From positions 64,001 to 128,000 of the forward strand of contig CAWGBN010000005.1 of assembly GCA_963820825.1 (NCBI GenBank): 64,000 nt of DNA, in the 5' to 3' direction. The notes beneath the pieces are model-generated. The model was not told where the DNA came from, did no database searches, and worked only from the letters and a program-made list of their open reading frames with translations. Shown here one piece after another: positions 40,299 to 50,073 of the stretch; positions within the stretch are counted from its first letter, which is position 1, and each line of letters opens with the position of its first letter. The stretch comes from Vulcanimicrobiota bacterium. Lineage in GTDB: Bacteria; Vulcanimicrobiota; Vulcanimicrobiia; Vulcanimicrobiales; Vulcanimicrobiaceae. A program made the translations under genes and the position numbers.

Positions 40299-41789
40299 AT
40301 GCAGTCGCGACTAGCCCCGCTCGGGGAGTTTATCGCCGTCGGCTGGGCGGCACCGTCGATCGTCGGATTGGCGGGCCTCACCCTGGGCTTCTTCGGCTGG
40401 TACGCGCTCATCGTTCCGCGTCACCACGGCGCGCTCAGCGAACTCGGACTGATCGGCGGAGCGACGTTGGGCGTGCTCGCCGCGCTCGCGCTCTGGGCGG
40501 CCTATTCGCAGTATTTTGCGCGCCGGGCCGGGATTACGCTCGTGCGCGCGCTGCAATACGACGCGCTCACCTGGCTGCCGTTCTTGCTGCTCTGGTTCAC
40601 CTTCGTCTTGCCGCCGCAGCTTACGCACGGCGCGCGCCTCTTTCTCGTCGCGATAACGCTCGCGTGCGTCGGCAAGGTGCTCATCGCCGCGCGATTCAAC
40701 CAGACGGTCCGCGAGGTCCTGATCGACTTCGCCGCAACCCGTCTCGCCATCATCGTCATCGCCGAGCTCGCCGCGGTCATCATCGGCCAGCGCGCCGGCA
40801 TTCACGTTCAGGAATCGTCTCACGTGCTGCTCGCCGTTTGGGGGCGCTGGGACGCGGTGCACTACCTCGACATCGCGACCCAAGGATACTACGGCACGAA
40901 CATGGCCTTCTTTCCGCTCTTTCCGCTGCTGATCCGAATCGTCGGCTCGCTCGCCGGGAATCATCTCGTCGCGGGTCTGCTCATCTCCAACGCATCCTTC
41001 TTCTTCGGCTTGCTCTATCTCTATAAGCTGCTCGAACACGAGTACGATCGCGCGGTGGCCCGTCGCGCGATCTTCTACGTCTCCATCTTTCCGACGTCGG
41101 TCTATTTCACCGCCGTCTATACCGAGTCGCTCTTCTTCATGCTCACGGTCGCCTCGTTCTATTACATGCGCGGTCGCTCGTGGTGGCTGGCGGGCCTCTT
41201 CGGCTTCTTGGCCGCGCTCACGCGCGTCGAGGGCGTTCTCCTGATCGTCCCGTTCGTCATCGAGTGGTGGGCGCAAGAGCGTCCGCTGCGTGCGCGCGCC
41301 TTCTCCGATCTCTGCGCGAGTCTGCTCATTCCGCTCGGACTCGCCTGTTACATGGCCTATCTTTGGGTGCTCCGCGCCGATCCGCTCTACTTCTCGCACG
41401 TTCAAATTCACTGGAATCGGCATCTCGCGCCGCCCTGGGTCAGCGTGATCAACGCATTCGGCAAGGTCATCCACGGCCCGGGGGCGCTGGTGGTTGCGAA
41501 CCAATCGCTCGAGGTCGCGTTCACGCTGCTGATGATCGCCGTGCTCGTCGCCGGCTGGCGCTCGCTGCGCCCATCGTACATCGCCTATATGGCGCTCTCG
41601 ATCCTCGTGCCGATGTCGACATCGAACCTCATGTCGATGCCCCGCTTCGCGCTCGTGCTCTTTCCGATGTTCGCGATTCTCGCGCGCTGGGGCGAGCGGC
41701 CTTGGGCGAACAACGTCATTCTTGCCTTCTCGCTGCCGCTGCTCGGGCTCTTCACGGTACTCTTCGCCGATTGGTATTGGGTTGCGTGA
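40299..41789 (+). CDS. Membrane mannosyltransferase (PIG-V/GT-C-like)
   Basis: RWDAVHYLDIA...AFFPLFP, YTESLF and SMPRF motifs; polytopic. Confidence 0.85.
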   Translation: MQSRLAPLGEFIAVGWAAPSIVGLAGLTLGFFGWYALIVPRHHGALSELGLIGGATLGVLAALALWAAYSQYFARRAGITLVRALQYDALTWLPFLLLWFTFVLPPQLTHGARLFLVAITLACVGKVLIAARFNQTVREVLIDFAATRLAIIVIAELAAVIIGQRAGIHVQESSHVLLAVWGRWDAVHYLDIATQGYYGTNMAFFPLFPLLIRIVGSLAGNHLVAGLLISNASFFFGLLYLYKLLEHEYDRAVARRAIFYVSIFPTSVYFTAVYTESLFFMLTVASFYYMRGRSWWLAGLFGFLAALTRVEGVLLIVPFVIEWWAQERPLRARAFSDLCASLLIPLGLACYMAYLWVLRADPLYFSHVQIHWNRHLAPPWVSVINAFGKVIHGPGALVVANQSLEVAFTLLMIAVLVAGWRSLRPSYIAYMALSILVPMSTSNLMSMPRFALVLFPMFAILARWGERPWANNVILAFSLPLLGLFTVLFADWYWVA

Positions 41790-42210
41790 CCATGCTGCGC
41801 CGGGACTCGTGCGCGGCCTAAGCCAACGACGCGGCGTTCGACAGTTCCTGAAGTTCGGGATCGTCGGGGCGTCGGGAATGATCGTCAACTTCGTCGTCGC
41901 CCACATCCTCGAGCGCACCACCGAACTCTCCTGGTTCGCCGATTTCGCGATCGGCTTCATGGTCGGCGGCGTCTCCAACTATGCGCTCAACCGCGTCTGG
42001 ACGTTTGGATCGCGGCGCAATCCCTTCGTGGAGGGATTGCAGTTTCTTGCCGTATCGGCTATCGCGCTGCTCCTTGGAAGAATCGTCTTTGCGATCGCGC
42101 AGCGCTCGGGCTTCCATCACTTCACGACGGTCTGGTTCGTGGCGACGCTTGCCGGTATTTTCGTGAATTTCTTTCTCAACAAGTATTGGACGTTCCGCCA
42201 TCTTAACTGA
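41782..42210 (+). CDS. GtrA family flippase-like protein
   Basis: QFLKFGIVG, NYALNRVWTF and NFFLNKYWTF motifs. Confidence 0.9.
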   Translation: MRDHAAPGLVRGLSQRRGVRQFLKFGIVGASGMIVNFVVAHILERTTELSWFADFAIGFMVGGVSNYALNRVWTFGSRRNPFVEGLQFLAVSAIALLLGRIVFAIAQRSGFHHFTTVWFVATLAGIFVNFFLNKYWTFRHLN

Positions 42211-42226
42211 CGCGGCGCGACCGAAG

Positions 42227-43822
42227 CTGTACTGGCGGCTGGGATTCGGCGCCATCGTACTCGTCGCGCTGGCTCTGCGGCTCCATGGGATTCACGACCC
42301 GATGCTCGATCATCCGGGTTGGCGTCAGGGTGACACCGCGGCGATTGCTCGCAACTTTGCCCGACTGCAGTACAATATTCTCTACCCCCAAACGATGTAT
42401 AACGGGCCGCCGCCGAACTACGTCGAGCTCGAGCTGCAGATCGTGCCCTTCCTGGCGGCCTCGCTCTATAAGATCGCCGGCATTCACGAGATCTTCGGGC
42501 GGCTCATCACCGTGGCATTCAGTCTCGCGACCGTCGCGACGCTTGCTTTTTTTGGACGCTGGCTCTTCGGCAGCGCGATCGCCGGGCTGACGGCGGCGTT
42601 CTTCTACGCCGCCTTTCCGGGCAGCGTCTACTACGGGCGCACGTTTATGCCCGATACCGCGATGGTCTTTTTCCTGACCGTCGCCCTCTTTGCGGCGGCT
42701 CGACATCTGACCGGCGACGAGCGCGCGCCGGTAAAGTCCGCGGCCGTGGTAACGGGACTGCTGACGCTCGCCTATCTCGCCAAGCCGGTTGCGACGCTCG
42801 CCCTGGTTCCGGTGCTGGCAATGACGGTCGAGCGTGCGCGCGCCGGGCGCCGCCTAGACCTCGTCGCCGGCGCCGCGTTGCTCTTCGTTCCGCTGCTCGC
42901 ACTCGCGCTCTACGACCGCGCCGTCGACGCGCATGCCGAATGGCATTGGGCGAGCGGAATCACTCGGCTCCACGTTCTCCCCGCGATGCGCGATGCGTTG
43001 ACGAACGCGAGCGCGCTGGCGAGCAAGTTCGTCAACTTTCGGATCGCCCTGGGCCTGCTGCGCGACCGTCTCTTGGGCCTGCTCTCATTCGTGCTGGCGA
43101 TCGCCGGTCTCGTCGCGTTACCGTGGCTGCGCCCGCGCAGCCGATCGCTGCTCTGGGCATGGTTCGCCGGCTGTCTCATCTACGTCTTCGTCGTCGTCAC
43201 CGTCGAGCGCGTCGACTACTACATGCTGCCGCTGCTGCCGCTCGCCGCGCTGCTGATCGGCGGAGTGATCGCGGCTTTCGCAGCGATGGTCGAGTCGGCC
43301 GAGATTGCGCCCGGCGCGCGCTATGCGCTGCTCGCGATCCTGCCGGTCGCCGGCCTCGCAGCGTTGCTTTACACGCGTGCTCCCGTCGCCGACTACTATC
43401 GTTACAACAAGGCGGCCTATCGCAATGCGGTCGCGCTCGACGGTGCCCTGCCGCGCGACGCTGTGCTCGTCATCGGGCATTACGGCCCCGACGTGCAGTA
43501 CTACATCGATCGCTTCGGCTGGGAAGAGGACCCACTATTATGGACGCCCTTTGACGAAGAGAGTGCGATTGCCAAAGGGGCGCGCTACTTCGTCTCGATC
43601 GAAGACGGACGCCTTCGGCGCAATCTCGAGCTCTGCGGCTGGCTGCAGCGGTTTCCGGTCGTCGCTGTGCCCGGCCAATGGCCCGTCTACGAGACCGACC
43701 CTGCGAAGGTGACTCCCCAAGCCGATCGCTTCTGGCGCGCCTTTCGCCGGGCCGAACGCGCCGGCGCGGGCCGAGAGTTCTTAGACGCGCGGCGGCTCTG
43801 CGTTATCCGCCGATCCCATTGA
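42227..43822 (+). CDS. GT39/ArnT-PMT-like membrane glycosyltransferase (start uncertain)
   Basis: WRQGDTAAIARNF, GRTFMPD and many TM helices. An N-terminal TM helix lies in frame upstream of the first ATG (42302). Confidence 0.8.
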   Translation: MYWRLGFGAIVLVALALRLHGIHDPMLDHPGWRQGDTAAIARNFARLQYNILYPQTMYNGPPPNYVELELQIVPFLAASLYKIAGIHEIFGRLITVAFSLATVATLAFFGRWLFGSAIAGLTAAFFYAAFPGSVYYGRTFMPDTAMVFFLTVALFAAARHLTGDERAPVKSAAVVTGLLTLAYLAKPVATLALVPVLAMTVERARAGRRLDLVAGAALLFVPLLALALYDRAVDAHAEWHWASGITRLHVLPAMRDALTNASALASKFVNFRIALGLLRDRLLGLLSFVLAIAGLVALPWLRPRSRSLLWAWFAGCLIYVFVVVTVERVDYYMLPLLPLAALLIGGVIAAFAAMVESAEIAPGARYALLAILPVAGLAALLYTRAPVADYYRYNKAAYRNAVALDGALPRDAVLVIGHYGPDVQYYIDRFGWEEDPLLWTPFDEESAIAKGARYFVSIEDGRLRRNLELCGWLQRFPVVAVPGQWPVYETDPAKVTPQADRFWRAFRRAERAGAGREFLDARRLCVIRRSH

Positions 43823-44585
43823 AGCTCTCCAGCAGAGCGCGAAAGGCCTCGGGCTCGACCGAGATGCTTCCGCGAAACGGAAAATCGAGCGCGACGATCA
43901 GAAAGAGCACCAACCCGATCAAAAAGCTCAAGCCGCCGATCATGAGCTGCTGCATCAGCGTCTGGTCGAAGCCGAAGAGATAGGTAAACGCCACCGTCAC
44001 GACCGCGCCCGCGATCAGCGTGAGCCACATGATCCGGCTGATTCCGCTCGAATCCATCGTGAGGCGCGCTCGCCGATCCATCAGCGCCGTATCCATTGCG
44101 GTCAGCATCTGCGCGGCGATGTTCTGCAGCCGAGGTGAATCGGCGGGGAGCGCTCGGACGTCGCGATCTGCCGCCTCCAGCAGCTCGTTGGAGATCGCCG
44201 ATTGCTCTCCGCGATGCATTCTCGGCCATTCGACGTTGATAATCGAGAGCACGTACGCGCGAAGGACTCTCCGCAGGCGCGCGCCCTGCGGAAAGGATCC
44301 GGAGTCGCGGTAGACCGTTGCGATCGCGCTGGCCTCGTCATAGCTGCGCGCTTCGGCTTGCTGGAAGCGCTCCCAGACGCCGATCGCGACGAAGGCGAGC
44401 AAGACTGCGTAGATGACCCCGATTACGGCTAAGATAAAGCCCGCACGGTCGTTGTGCGCGGCGCGGACCTGTTCGTTGGTAAAGCGCGAGACGAGGTAGC
44501 CCAGGCCCAGCGCGAGGATGACGAAGCCCCCCACCACCACGATTCCGGCGTCGCCCGTCGGAAGCGATTCGAGCCAAGAGATCAT
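43803..44585 (-). CDS. DUF4239-like membrane protein
   Basis: GVIYAVLLAFV...VWE, EWPRM and LDFPFRG motifs. Confidence 0.75.
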   Translation of the reverse strand: MISWLESLPTGDAGIVVVGGFVILALGLGYLVSRFTNEQVRAAHNDRAGFILAVIGVIYAVLLAFVAIGVWERFQQAEARSYDEASAIATVYRDSGSFPQGARLRRVLRAYVLSIINVEWPRMHRGEQSAISNELLEAADRDVRALPADSPRLQNIAAQMLTAMDTALMDRRARLTMDSSGISRIMWLTLIAGAVVTVAFTYLFGFDQTLMQQLMIGGLSFLIGLVLFLIVALDFPFRGSISVEPEAFRALLESFNGIGG

Positions 44586-44589
44586 CGCG

Positions 44590-45261
44590 TCACGGCAGCG
44601 GCAGCAGCGAGCCCGTACCGAACGTCGTCGATTGCGTCGGCGCCTCCGGAACGCCCGACGTCACGAGTTGCCGGTAGAGGATCAGTCGATTGGTGTTCTT
44701 GGAGAGCTCCAGCTGCATCTCGTAGCTGCGCTTGACCGCGCTGGTGAGGTCGCTCCCGTCGAACGTATACCCGAAACGCCTCAAATCGCGCAGCAAGAGC
44801 GCGTTGGTGACGTTGAGCCGCTGGTAGGCGTGCTGAATCTCGACCCCCGCGGCACGATACGTCGGATAGTTCGAGAGAACGATCTCGCGCTGCAGCTTTG
44901 CCTGATCGATCGTCTCTTTGAGCGCAGCGAGGCGCACGCTCTGAGGATCGACCGCCAGTCCTTCGTCGACCGTAGCCAGCGCGTCGTCGAACGCGCCCTT
45001 CGCGTACTCTACCCGCGCGAGCGCCGCAGCGGCCTCGACGAATCCCCTTCGGGCCCGCGCGTTCTTCGGAGCGACCCGCAAGGCGAGCCGGTAGGCGAGC
45101 TCCGCGTCGCGCGCGTCGCCGCGCGCCAGCGCGACGTCGCCCTGATGGACGCGCGTGTCGACGATCCAACGCTCGATCGAGCCGGCGCATCCGCTCAAGA
45201 GCGCGGCAGCGAATGCGACGGCGAGAAATCTACAAACGTACGTGCGCGGCAAATCTTGCAA
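44590..45261 (-). CDS. TPR-containing lipoprotein
   Basis: Lipobox LSGC and TPR-like helices (AYRLALRVAP, GLAVDP). Confidence 0.7.
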   Translation of the reverse strand: MQDLPRTYVCRFLAVAFAAALLSGCAGSIERWIVDTRVHQGDVALARGDARDAELAYRLALRVAPKNARARRGFVEAAAALARVEYAKGAFDDALATVDEGLAVDPQSVRLAALKETIDQAKLQREIVLSNYPTYRAAGVEIQHAYQRLNVTNALLLRDLRRFGYTFDGSDLTSAVKRSYEMQLELSKNTNRLILYRQLVTSGVPEAPTQSTTFGTGSLLPLP

Positions 45262-46117
45262 CCACCTCGATGACGACGGCAGCCGGGTAGAGGATCGCCT
45301 GCGAGAGTAACGACCCGACGATCGCCGTCAGCGTTAAGTAGAACACCATCGAGCGAACCTCCTCGACGGTGCGCTTGCCGTGAATCGCTTGATCGGTGAT
45401 GATCGCCGAGGTCGGATCGACGAAGAGCGTGAAGGCGATCGTGCCGACGCCGTTGACGACGCCGGAGAGGCTAATCGCCGTTCTCGCCACCCGGACGTCC
45501 AAAACCGAGGCCAAGAACGATGCTTGGACGCCGATCGCGTAGACGCACATCACGACCGTGTTGAAGACGAGCAGCCGCTTCGGGAGCACGCGCCAGTCGA
45601 AGGAGCGAAGCTCGGCCAGACTCGGCAAGCGTTGCGCCCGCACCACGTCGGCGATGACCTGCGGGGAGAGCAGGCGCATGAGAGAATGCGGGACCGACCC
45701 GCGCGCCTCAAAAGAGTGCACCCCGCGTCGAAACAGATAGGTGAACATCGGAAGGAAGAGCGCGAAGACGATCATGCCGAGCGTCCCGGCGAGGACGATC
45801 AACCGCAGTTGAATCTCGAAGAGGTGCTGCCATGCCGCCGTCGCGGCGGGATCGCCTTGCAGCCGGGCGACCGCATTGCCCGCTTCATCCGAGAGCGGCC
45901 CGACAAAGAACGCCATGAAGAGGTTTGCCAGCCGTCCGGTCGTCACGAACAGGTTGAAGAGCGAGATCGAGGTCGCGATGCGCTTGGTCTGGACGCCCGC
46001 CAGCCGCGCGGCGTAGGCCCCGATCGTCACGCCCTGCACGACGAACGTAATCGCCATCGCCCCGATCAGCTTCCCCGACCACAAGTGCGGAGCGGCAACG
46101 GCGAGCATTAGTTGCAT
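45230..46117 (-). CDS. amj: Amj-family lipid II flippase (DUF2837)
   Basis: AYAARLAGVQTKRIATSISLFN and SGVVNGVGTIAFTLFVDP motifs. Confidence 0.8.
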   Translation of the reverse strand: MQLMLAVAAPHLWSGKLIGAMAITFVVQGVTIGAYAARLAGVQTKRIATSISLFNLFVTTGRLANLFMAFFVGPLSDEAGNAVARLQGDPAATAAWQHLFEIQLRLIVLAGTLGMIVFALFLPMFTYLFRRGVHSFEARGSVPHSLMRLLSPQVIADVVRAQRLPSLAELRSFDWRVLPKRLLVFNTVVMCVYAIGVQASFLASVLDVRVARTAISLSGVVNGVGTIAFTLFVDPTSAIITDQAIHGKRTVEEVRSMVFYLTLTAIVGSLLSQAILYPAAVVIEVVARFAAHVRL

Positions 46118-46124
46118 CGGCGAG

Positions 46125-47381
46125 TTATGCTGCGTGCGAGCTCCACACGATCGCCCCTTCGTCGACCGGCCCGATGATGCACAAGCCGAGGTTCTCTTCG
46201 ACGAGCAGTTCGCGCGCCAGGTCTTGGACCTCGCCGGGGGTGACCGCGTCGATTCGCGCTTCGATCTCTTCGGGCGTAACCTGGCGCCCGAGTGCGAACT
46301 CGTTGCGGCCCAGACGAAGCATCCGCCCTGAGGTCGACTCGAGCGATAGCGTGAGATTCCCCTTGATGTGCTCCTTGGCGAGCTCGAACTCGCTCTGCGC
46401 GATCGGCACGTCGCGCACCCGCCCGAACTGCTCGGCGACGACGTCGATGCAGGCCTGCACGTTCTGCGGCGACGTTCCGGCATAGACGCCGAAGAGCCCT
46501 GCCGCGCGATACGCGGCCTGGAACGAATAGACGCTGTAGACCAGACCCCGCTGCTCGCGTATCTCCTGAAAGAGCCGGCTCGACATGCCGCCCCCCAAGA
46601 CGGTATCGAGGATCGAGAGTGCGTAGCGGCGGTCGTCGCGGACGTCGATGCCCCGGGTTCCGATAATAACGTAGGCCTGTTCGCTCTCCTTATGCCGTAC
46701 GTTCGTTGCCGGCGTCGCCTTGGGCCGCTCGGGCTGCGCCAACGTGCAGGCTCCGGTAAATCCCGCAAACTCTTCGCAGACCAATTCGACGAACCGCTCG
46801 TGCTCGACGTTGCCCGCGGCGGCGACGATCACCGAGTTCGGGGCGTAGTGCGCGGACATATGCGAGCGCAGATCGTCGGGCGTCACCTCCACGACCGTGT
46901 CGGAGAAGCCGATCGTCGGCTCGCCGAGGTTCGATCCTTCCCACATCGTCTGCAGGAAGACGTCGTGAATCAAGTCGTCGGGCGAGTCGTCGTACATCTT
47001 GATCTCTTCGAGGACCACCCTCTGCTCTTTCGCGAGCTCCTGCGCGTCGAAGAGCGAGTGCTGGAACATGTCGGCGAGCACGTCGAGTGCCAACGGCACG
47101 TGCCGGTCGATGACCTTTGCGTAATAGCAGGTCGTCTCTTTGTCGGTGAAGGCGTTGAGGTTGCCGCCGACTCCGTCCATCGTCTCGGCGATTTGGCGTG
47201 CGGTGCGGCGCTGCGTTCCCTTAAAGAGCATGTGCTCGACGAGATGCGAGATGCCGCGCTGCTCGCGGCTTTCTAGGGCCGAACCGACGTCGGCCCAGAT
47301 TCCGACCGTCGCCGAGCGCACCGCCGGCATCGCCTCGGTCAACACGCGCAATCCGCTCGGCAGCGTCGTCTTCTTGTACAT
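46125..47381 (-). CDS. M16 (pitrilysin) family zinc peptidase
   Basis: HLVEH inverted zinc motif, NAFTDKE and SSRLFQEIREQRGLVY. Confidence 0.93.
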   Translation of the reverse strand: MYKKTTLPSGLRVLTEAMPAVRSATVGIWADVGSALESREQRGISHLVEHMLFKGTQRRTARQIAETMDGVGGNLNAFTDKETTCYYAKVIDRHVPLALDVLADMFQHSLFDAQELAKEQRVVLEEIKMYDDSPDDLIHDVFLQTMWEGSNLGEPTIGFSDTVVEVTPDDLRSHMSAHYAPNSVIVAAAGNVEHERFVELVCEEFAGFTGACTLAQPERPKATPATNVRHKESEQAYVIIGTRGIDVRDDRRYALSILDTVLGGGMSSRLFQEIREQRGLVYSVYSFQAAYRAAGLFGVYAGTSPQNVQACIDVVAEQFGRVRDVPIAQSEFELAKEHIKGNLTLSLESTSGRMLRLGRNEFALGRQVTPEEIEARIDAVTPGEVQDLARELLVEENLGLCIIGPVDEGAIVWSSHAA

Positions 47382-47932
47382 TACTCCGGTGATTTGAAGG
47401 CGGTACGAGCCCACTGCTCGTCCCAGTAGACGCCGTCGCCGGGCGCCGCGAGTCGCGCCTGCAGTTCGGCCGTGCTTTCGCCTCGCCGCGCGCTGACGCT
47501 AAAGACGGTGCGCGAGGTCGGCTTCGCGAGATCGCCGCTCACGATGACGCCCTTCGCTACGTCGATCGGGATGCTCGCCCAGATATCGATCTCCTCGGCC
47601 GACGGAGCCGCCGTGAAGGCCGTTTCGGCGAGCGTTGCGACCTCAAAGGTAAACGCCTCGCGCGTCATCGGCTGGTGAAACTTTACCCCCAGAACCCGGA
47701 TGCCGACGATCACGTGTCCGTCGAGCGCGTTTGCCGAGATTTGGCTCACCTCGGCCGGCCACGGGGTGCCGAAGACGGCGTCTCCGATCTGCTGCGCGAG
47801 ATCGCGCCGGTTTCCCGCGGCACGCGCTTGCGCGTCGAGCTCGGCAATCGTCGGCGTATACGCCGCCGCGATGCCGGCGGTGAGCTGCAGCGCGAGCACG
47901 GCGGCGAGGGAGCCCTTAATACGATTGCGCAA
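47381..47932 (-). CDS. Secreted hypothetical protein
   Basis: Signal peptide; coupled to both proS and the M16 gene. Confidence 0.65.
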   Translation of the reverse strand: MRNRIKGSLAAVLALQLTAGIAAAYTPTIAELDAQARAAGNRRDLAQQIGDAVFGTPWPAEVSQISANALDGHVIVGIRVLGVKFHQPMTREAFTFEVATLAETAFTAAPSAEEIDIWASIPIDVAKGVIVSGDLAKPTSRTVFSVSARRGESTAELQARLAAPGDGVYWDEQWARTAFKSPE

Positions 47933-49376
47933 AATAGGCTCTGGCCTTTGCCGGCTCGCCACAGGCCGTACAGGTAAGGTTCGAGGCTTCGAGCGGCCGC
48001 ACGATTCGCGTCGTCGCCGTCGTCAGCGCTTTGACGCTCGCTTCGCACTGCGGGCGTTCGCACCAGGCAATGTCGATCATCCCCGCGCGCGTCTTGCAGA
48101 GCGTTAGAAACTCATCGCGCTCCTGCGTTGCGATGGTGTGCTCCTCCAGGAATGCTTTCGCTTGCGCGTAGAGAGACCGCTGAATCTCATCGAGCAGTTC
48201 CCGCAGCCGCGAGGGAACCTGGTCTAGGGAGACGCTCTCGCGCTGACCCTCTTCGCCTTTGTTCCGATCTCGACGCGCGAGGACGCACGTTCCGGCATCC
48301 ACGTCCCGCGGGCCGATCTCGATGCGAACCGGCACGCCGCGAACGTCCCATTCGCTATACTTCCACCCGGGCTGCTCGTCGCGCGCGTCGACCCGAACGC
48401 GAAAACCCGACTCGAGCAAGCGGCTCGCCAATGCGTTGCAGCTCTCGATCGCCCGTGCATCGTTCGAGCGGACGATTGGGATCAGGACCGCTTCGATCGG
48501 CGCCATCTTCGGCGGTATGCGAAGACCGCGGTCGTCGCCATGCGTCATGATCAGGCCACCGAGCATCCGCCACGAAACGCCCCACGACGTGGTAAAGGCA
48601 TATTTGATCGCGCCGTCGGCGTCGGTGAACCGGATCTCGTACGCTTTGGCGAAGTTCTGGCCCAAATCGTGCGAGGTGCCCGATTGCAGCGCCTTGCCGT
48701 CGGGCATCAGCGCTTCGATCGCGAAGGTTTCAACGGCGCCCGGAAAACGCTCGCTGGCACTTTTGCGCCCCGAATAGACCGGAATCGCAGCGACGTTCTC
48801 GGCGAAGTCGCGGTAGAGATCGAGAATCTTGAGCGTCTCTTCGCGGGCCTCCGAGGCCGTCGCATGCGCGGTGTGGCCCTCTTGCCAGAGAAACTCCATC
48901 GTGCGCAGAAACGGCCGCGTCGCCTTCTCCCAACGCACGACGTTCGCCCACTGATTGATCAAGATCGGCAGATCGCGGTACGACTCGATCCACTGCGCGT
49001 ACATCGTTCCGATCATCGCTTCGGAGGTTGGCCGGATCGCGAGGCGCTCGGTGAGCACTTCGCTCCCGCCTTGCGTGACCCAAGCAACTTCCGGTGCAAA
49101 TCCTTCGACGTGTTCCGCCTCCCGAACCAAGAGACTCTCCGGAATTAAGAGCGGAAAATAGGCGTTTTCGTGACCGGTCGCCTTGAAGCGAGCGTCGAGC
49201 TGCCGTTGCAGATTCTCCCAGAGGCCGAAGCCGTAGGGACGCAGCACGACGCAACCTCGCACCGGCGAATAGGAGACGAGTTCGGCCTTGAGGCAGGCCG
49301 CGGTGTACCATGCGGAAAGGTCGGCCGCCTTCGGAGGGATCTCCTTGACGGTGCCCGCGGGGAGCGCGTCGGACAT
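47916..49376 (-). CDS. proS: Proline--tRNA ligase (archaeal/eukaryote-like type)
   Basis: HVEGFAPE, IRPTSE, FLRTMEFLWQEGHT, GTSHDLGQNF, C-terminal AQSY; no INS editing domain. Confidence 0.97.
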   Translation of the reverse strand: MSDALPAGTVKEIPPKAADLSAWYTAACLKAELVSYSPVRGCVVLRPYGFGLWENLQRQLDARFKATGHENAYFPLLIPESLLVREAEHVEGFAPEVAWVTQGGSEVLTERLAIRPTSEAMIGTMYAQWIESYRDLPILINQWANVVRWEKATRPFLRTMEFLWQEGHTAHATASEAREETLKILDLYRDFAENVAAIPVYSGRKSASERFPGAVETFAIEALMPDGKALQSGTSHDLGQNFAKAYEIRFTDADGAIKYAFTTSWGVSWRMLGGLIMTHGDDRGLRIPPKMAPIEAVLIPIVRSNDARAIESCNALASRLLESGFRVRVDARDEQPGWKYSEWDVRGVPVRIEIGPRDVDAGTCVLARRDRNKGEEGQRESVSLDQVPSRLRELLDEIQRSLYAQAKAFLEEHTIATQERDEFLTLCKTRAGMIDIAWCERPQCEASVKALTTATTRIVRPLEASNLTCTACGEPAKARAYFAQSY

Positions 49377-49455
49377 GACCGGCCCCGCTTCGCGCGCGAT
49401 GACGAAACGGCCTTCGCCGGGGAAGTTCTAGCCCGAGCGAGCATAGGGAGAAGCA

Positions 49456-50055
49456 ATGCCCAAGGCGACACGAATTTATACGCGGACCGGCGACAAGGGG
49501 ATGACCGGACTCGTCGGCGGCGGCCGTATCAAAAAGAGTGCGCGTCGTATCGACGCGTACGGGACGCTTGACGAGCTATCGAGCGCGATCGGCGTCGCAC
49601 GGACCGCCCTGCGGCCGCTTCTCGCGCAGTCGCGCCCAGCGCGGATCGACGCCTGGCTGGCTTGGACGCAGGATGCGCTCTTCAATCTCGGCAGCGAGCT
49701 TGCGACGCTTCCCAAAGATCGTCGCGACGGGCAGGCCTCGATTCGCGATGCGGACGTCCACGCGCTGGAGCGCGCAATCGACGAAGCGACCCGCGATCTG
49801 CCCCCGCTCACGAACTTCATTCATCCGGGCGGATCGTCGCCCGGCGCAGAGCTTCACCTCGCGCGTACCATCTGCCGCCGCGCGGAACGCCTTCTCGTCG
49901 CGCTCATCGACGAAGAGGAGTCTGCTGCCGATGAGGCGCTGCGCTATCTCAATCGCCTCTCCGACGCGCTCTTCGTTTGGGCTCGCTGGATCAACGACGC
50001 GCTCGGCATTCCCGAGCATCTTTGGAATCACTCCGGCAGGCCGCCGGAAAACTAG
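49456..50055 (+). CDS. PduO-type cob(I)alamin adenosyltransferase
   Basis: IYTRTGDKG, YGTLDEL, RTICRRAER and YLNRLSD motifs. Confidence 0.93.
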   Translation: MPKATRIYTRTGDKGMTGLVGGGRIKKSARRIDAYGTLDELSSAIGVARTALRPLLAQSRPARIDAWLAWTQDALFNLGSELATLPKDRRDGQASIRDADVHALERAIDEATRDLPPLTNFIHPGGSSPGAELHLARTICRRAERLLVALIDEEESAADEALRYLNRLSDALFVWARWINDALGIPEHLWNHSGRPPEN

Positions 50056-50073
50056 GTCCGAACGCCCGCCGGA

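Noticed and set aside
37503..41978. Long antisense ORFs (37503..39299 +, 40311..41978 -; similarly 61917..63560 -)
   Set aside because: Shadow frames of real genes, expected in high-GC DNA, with no recognisable motifs.
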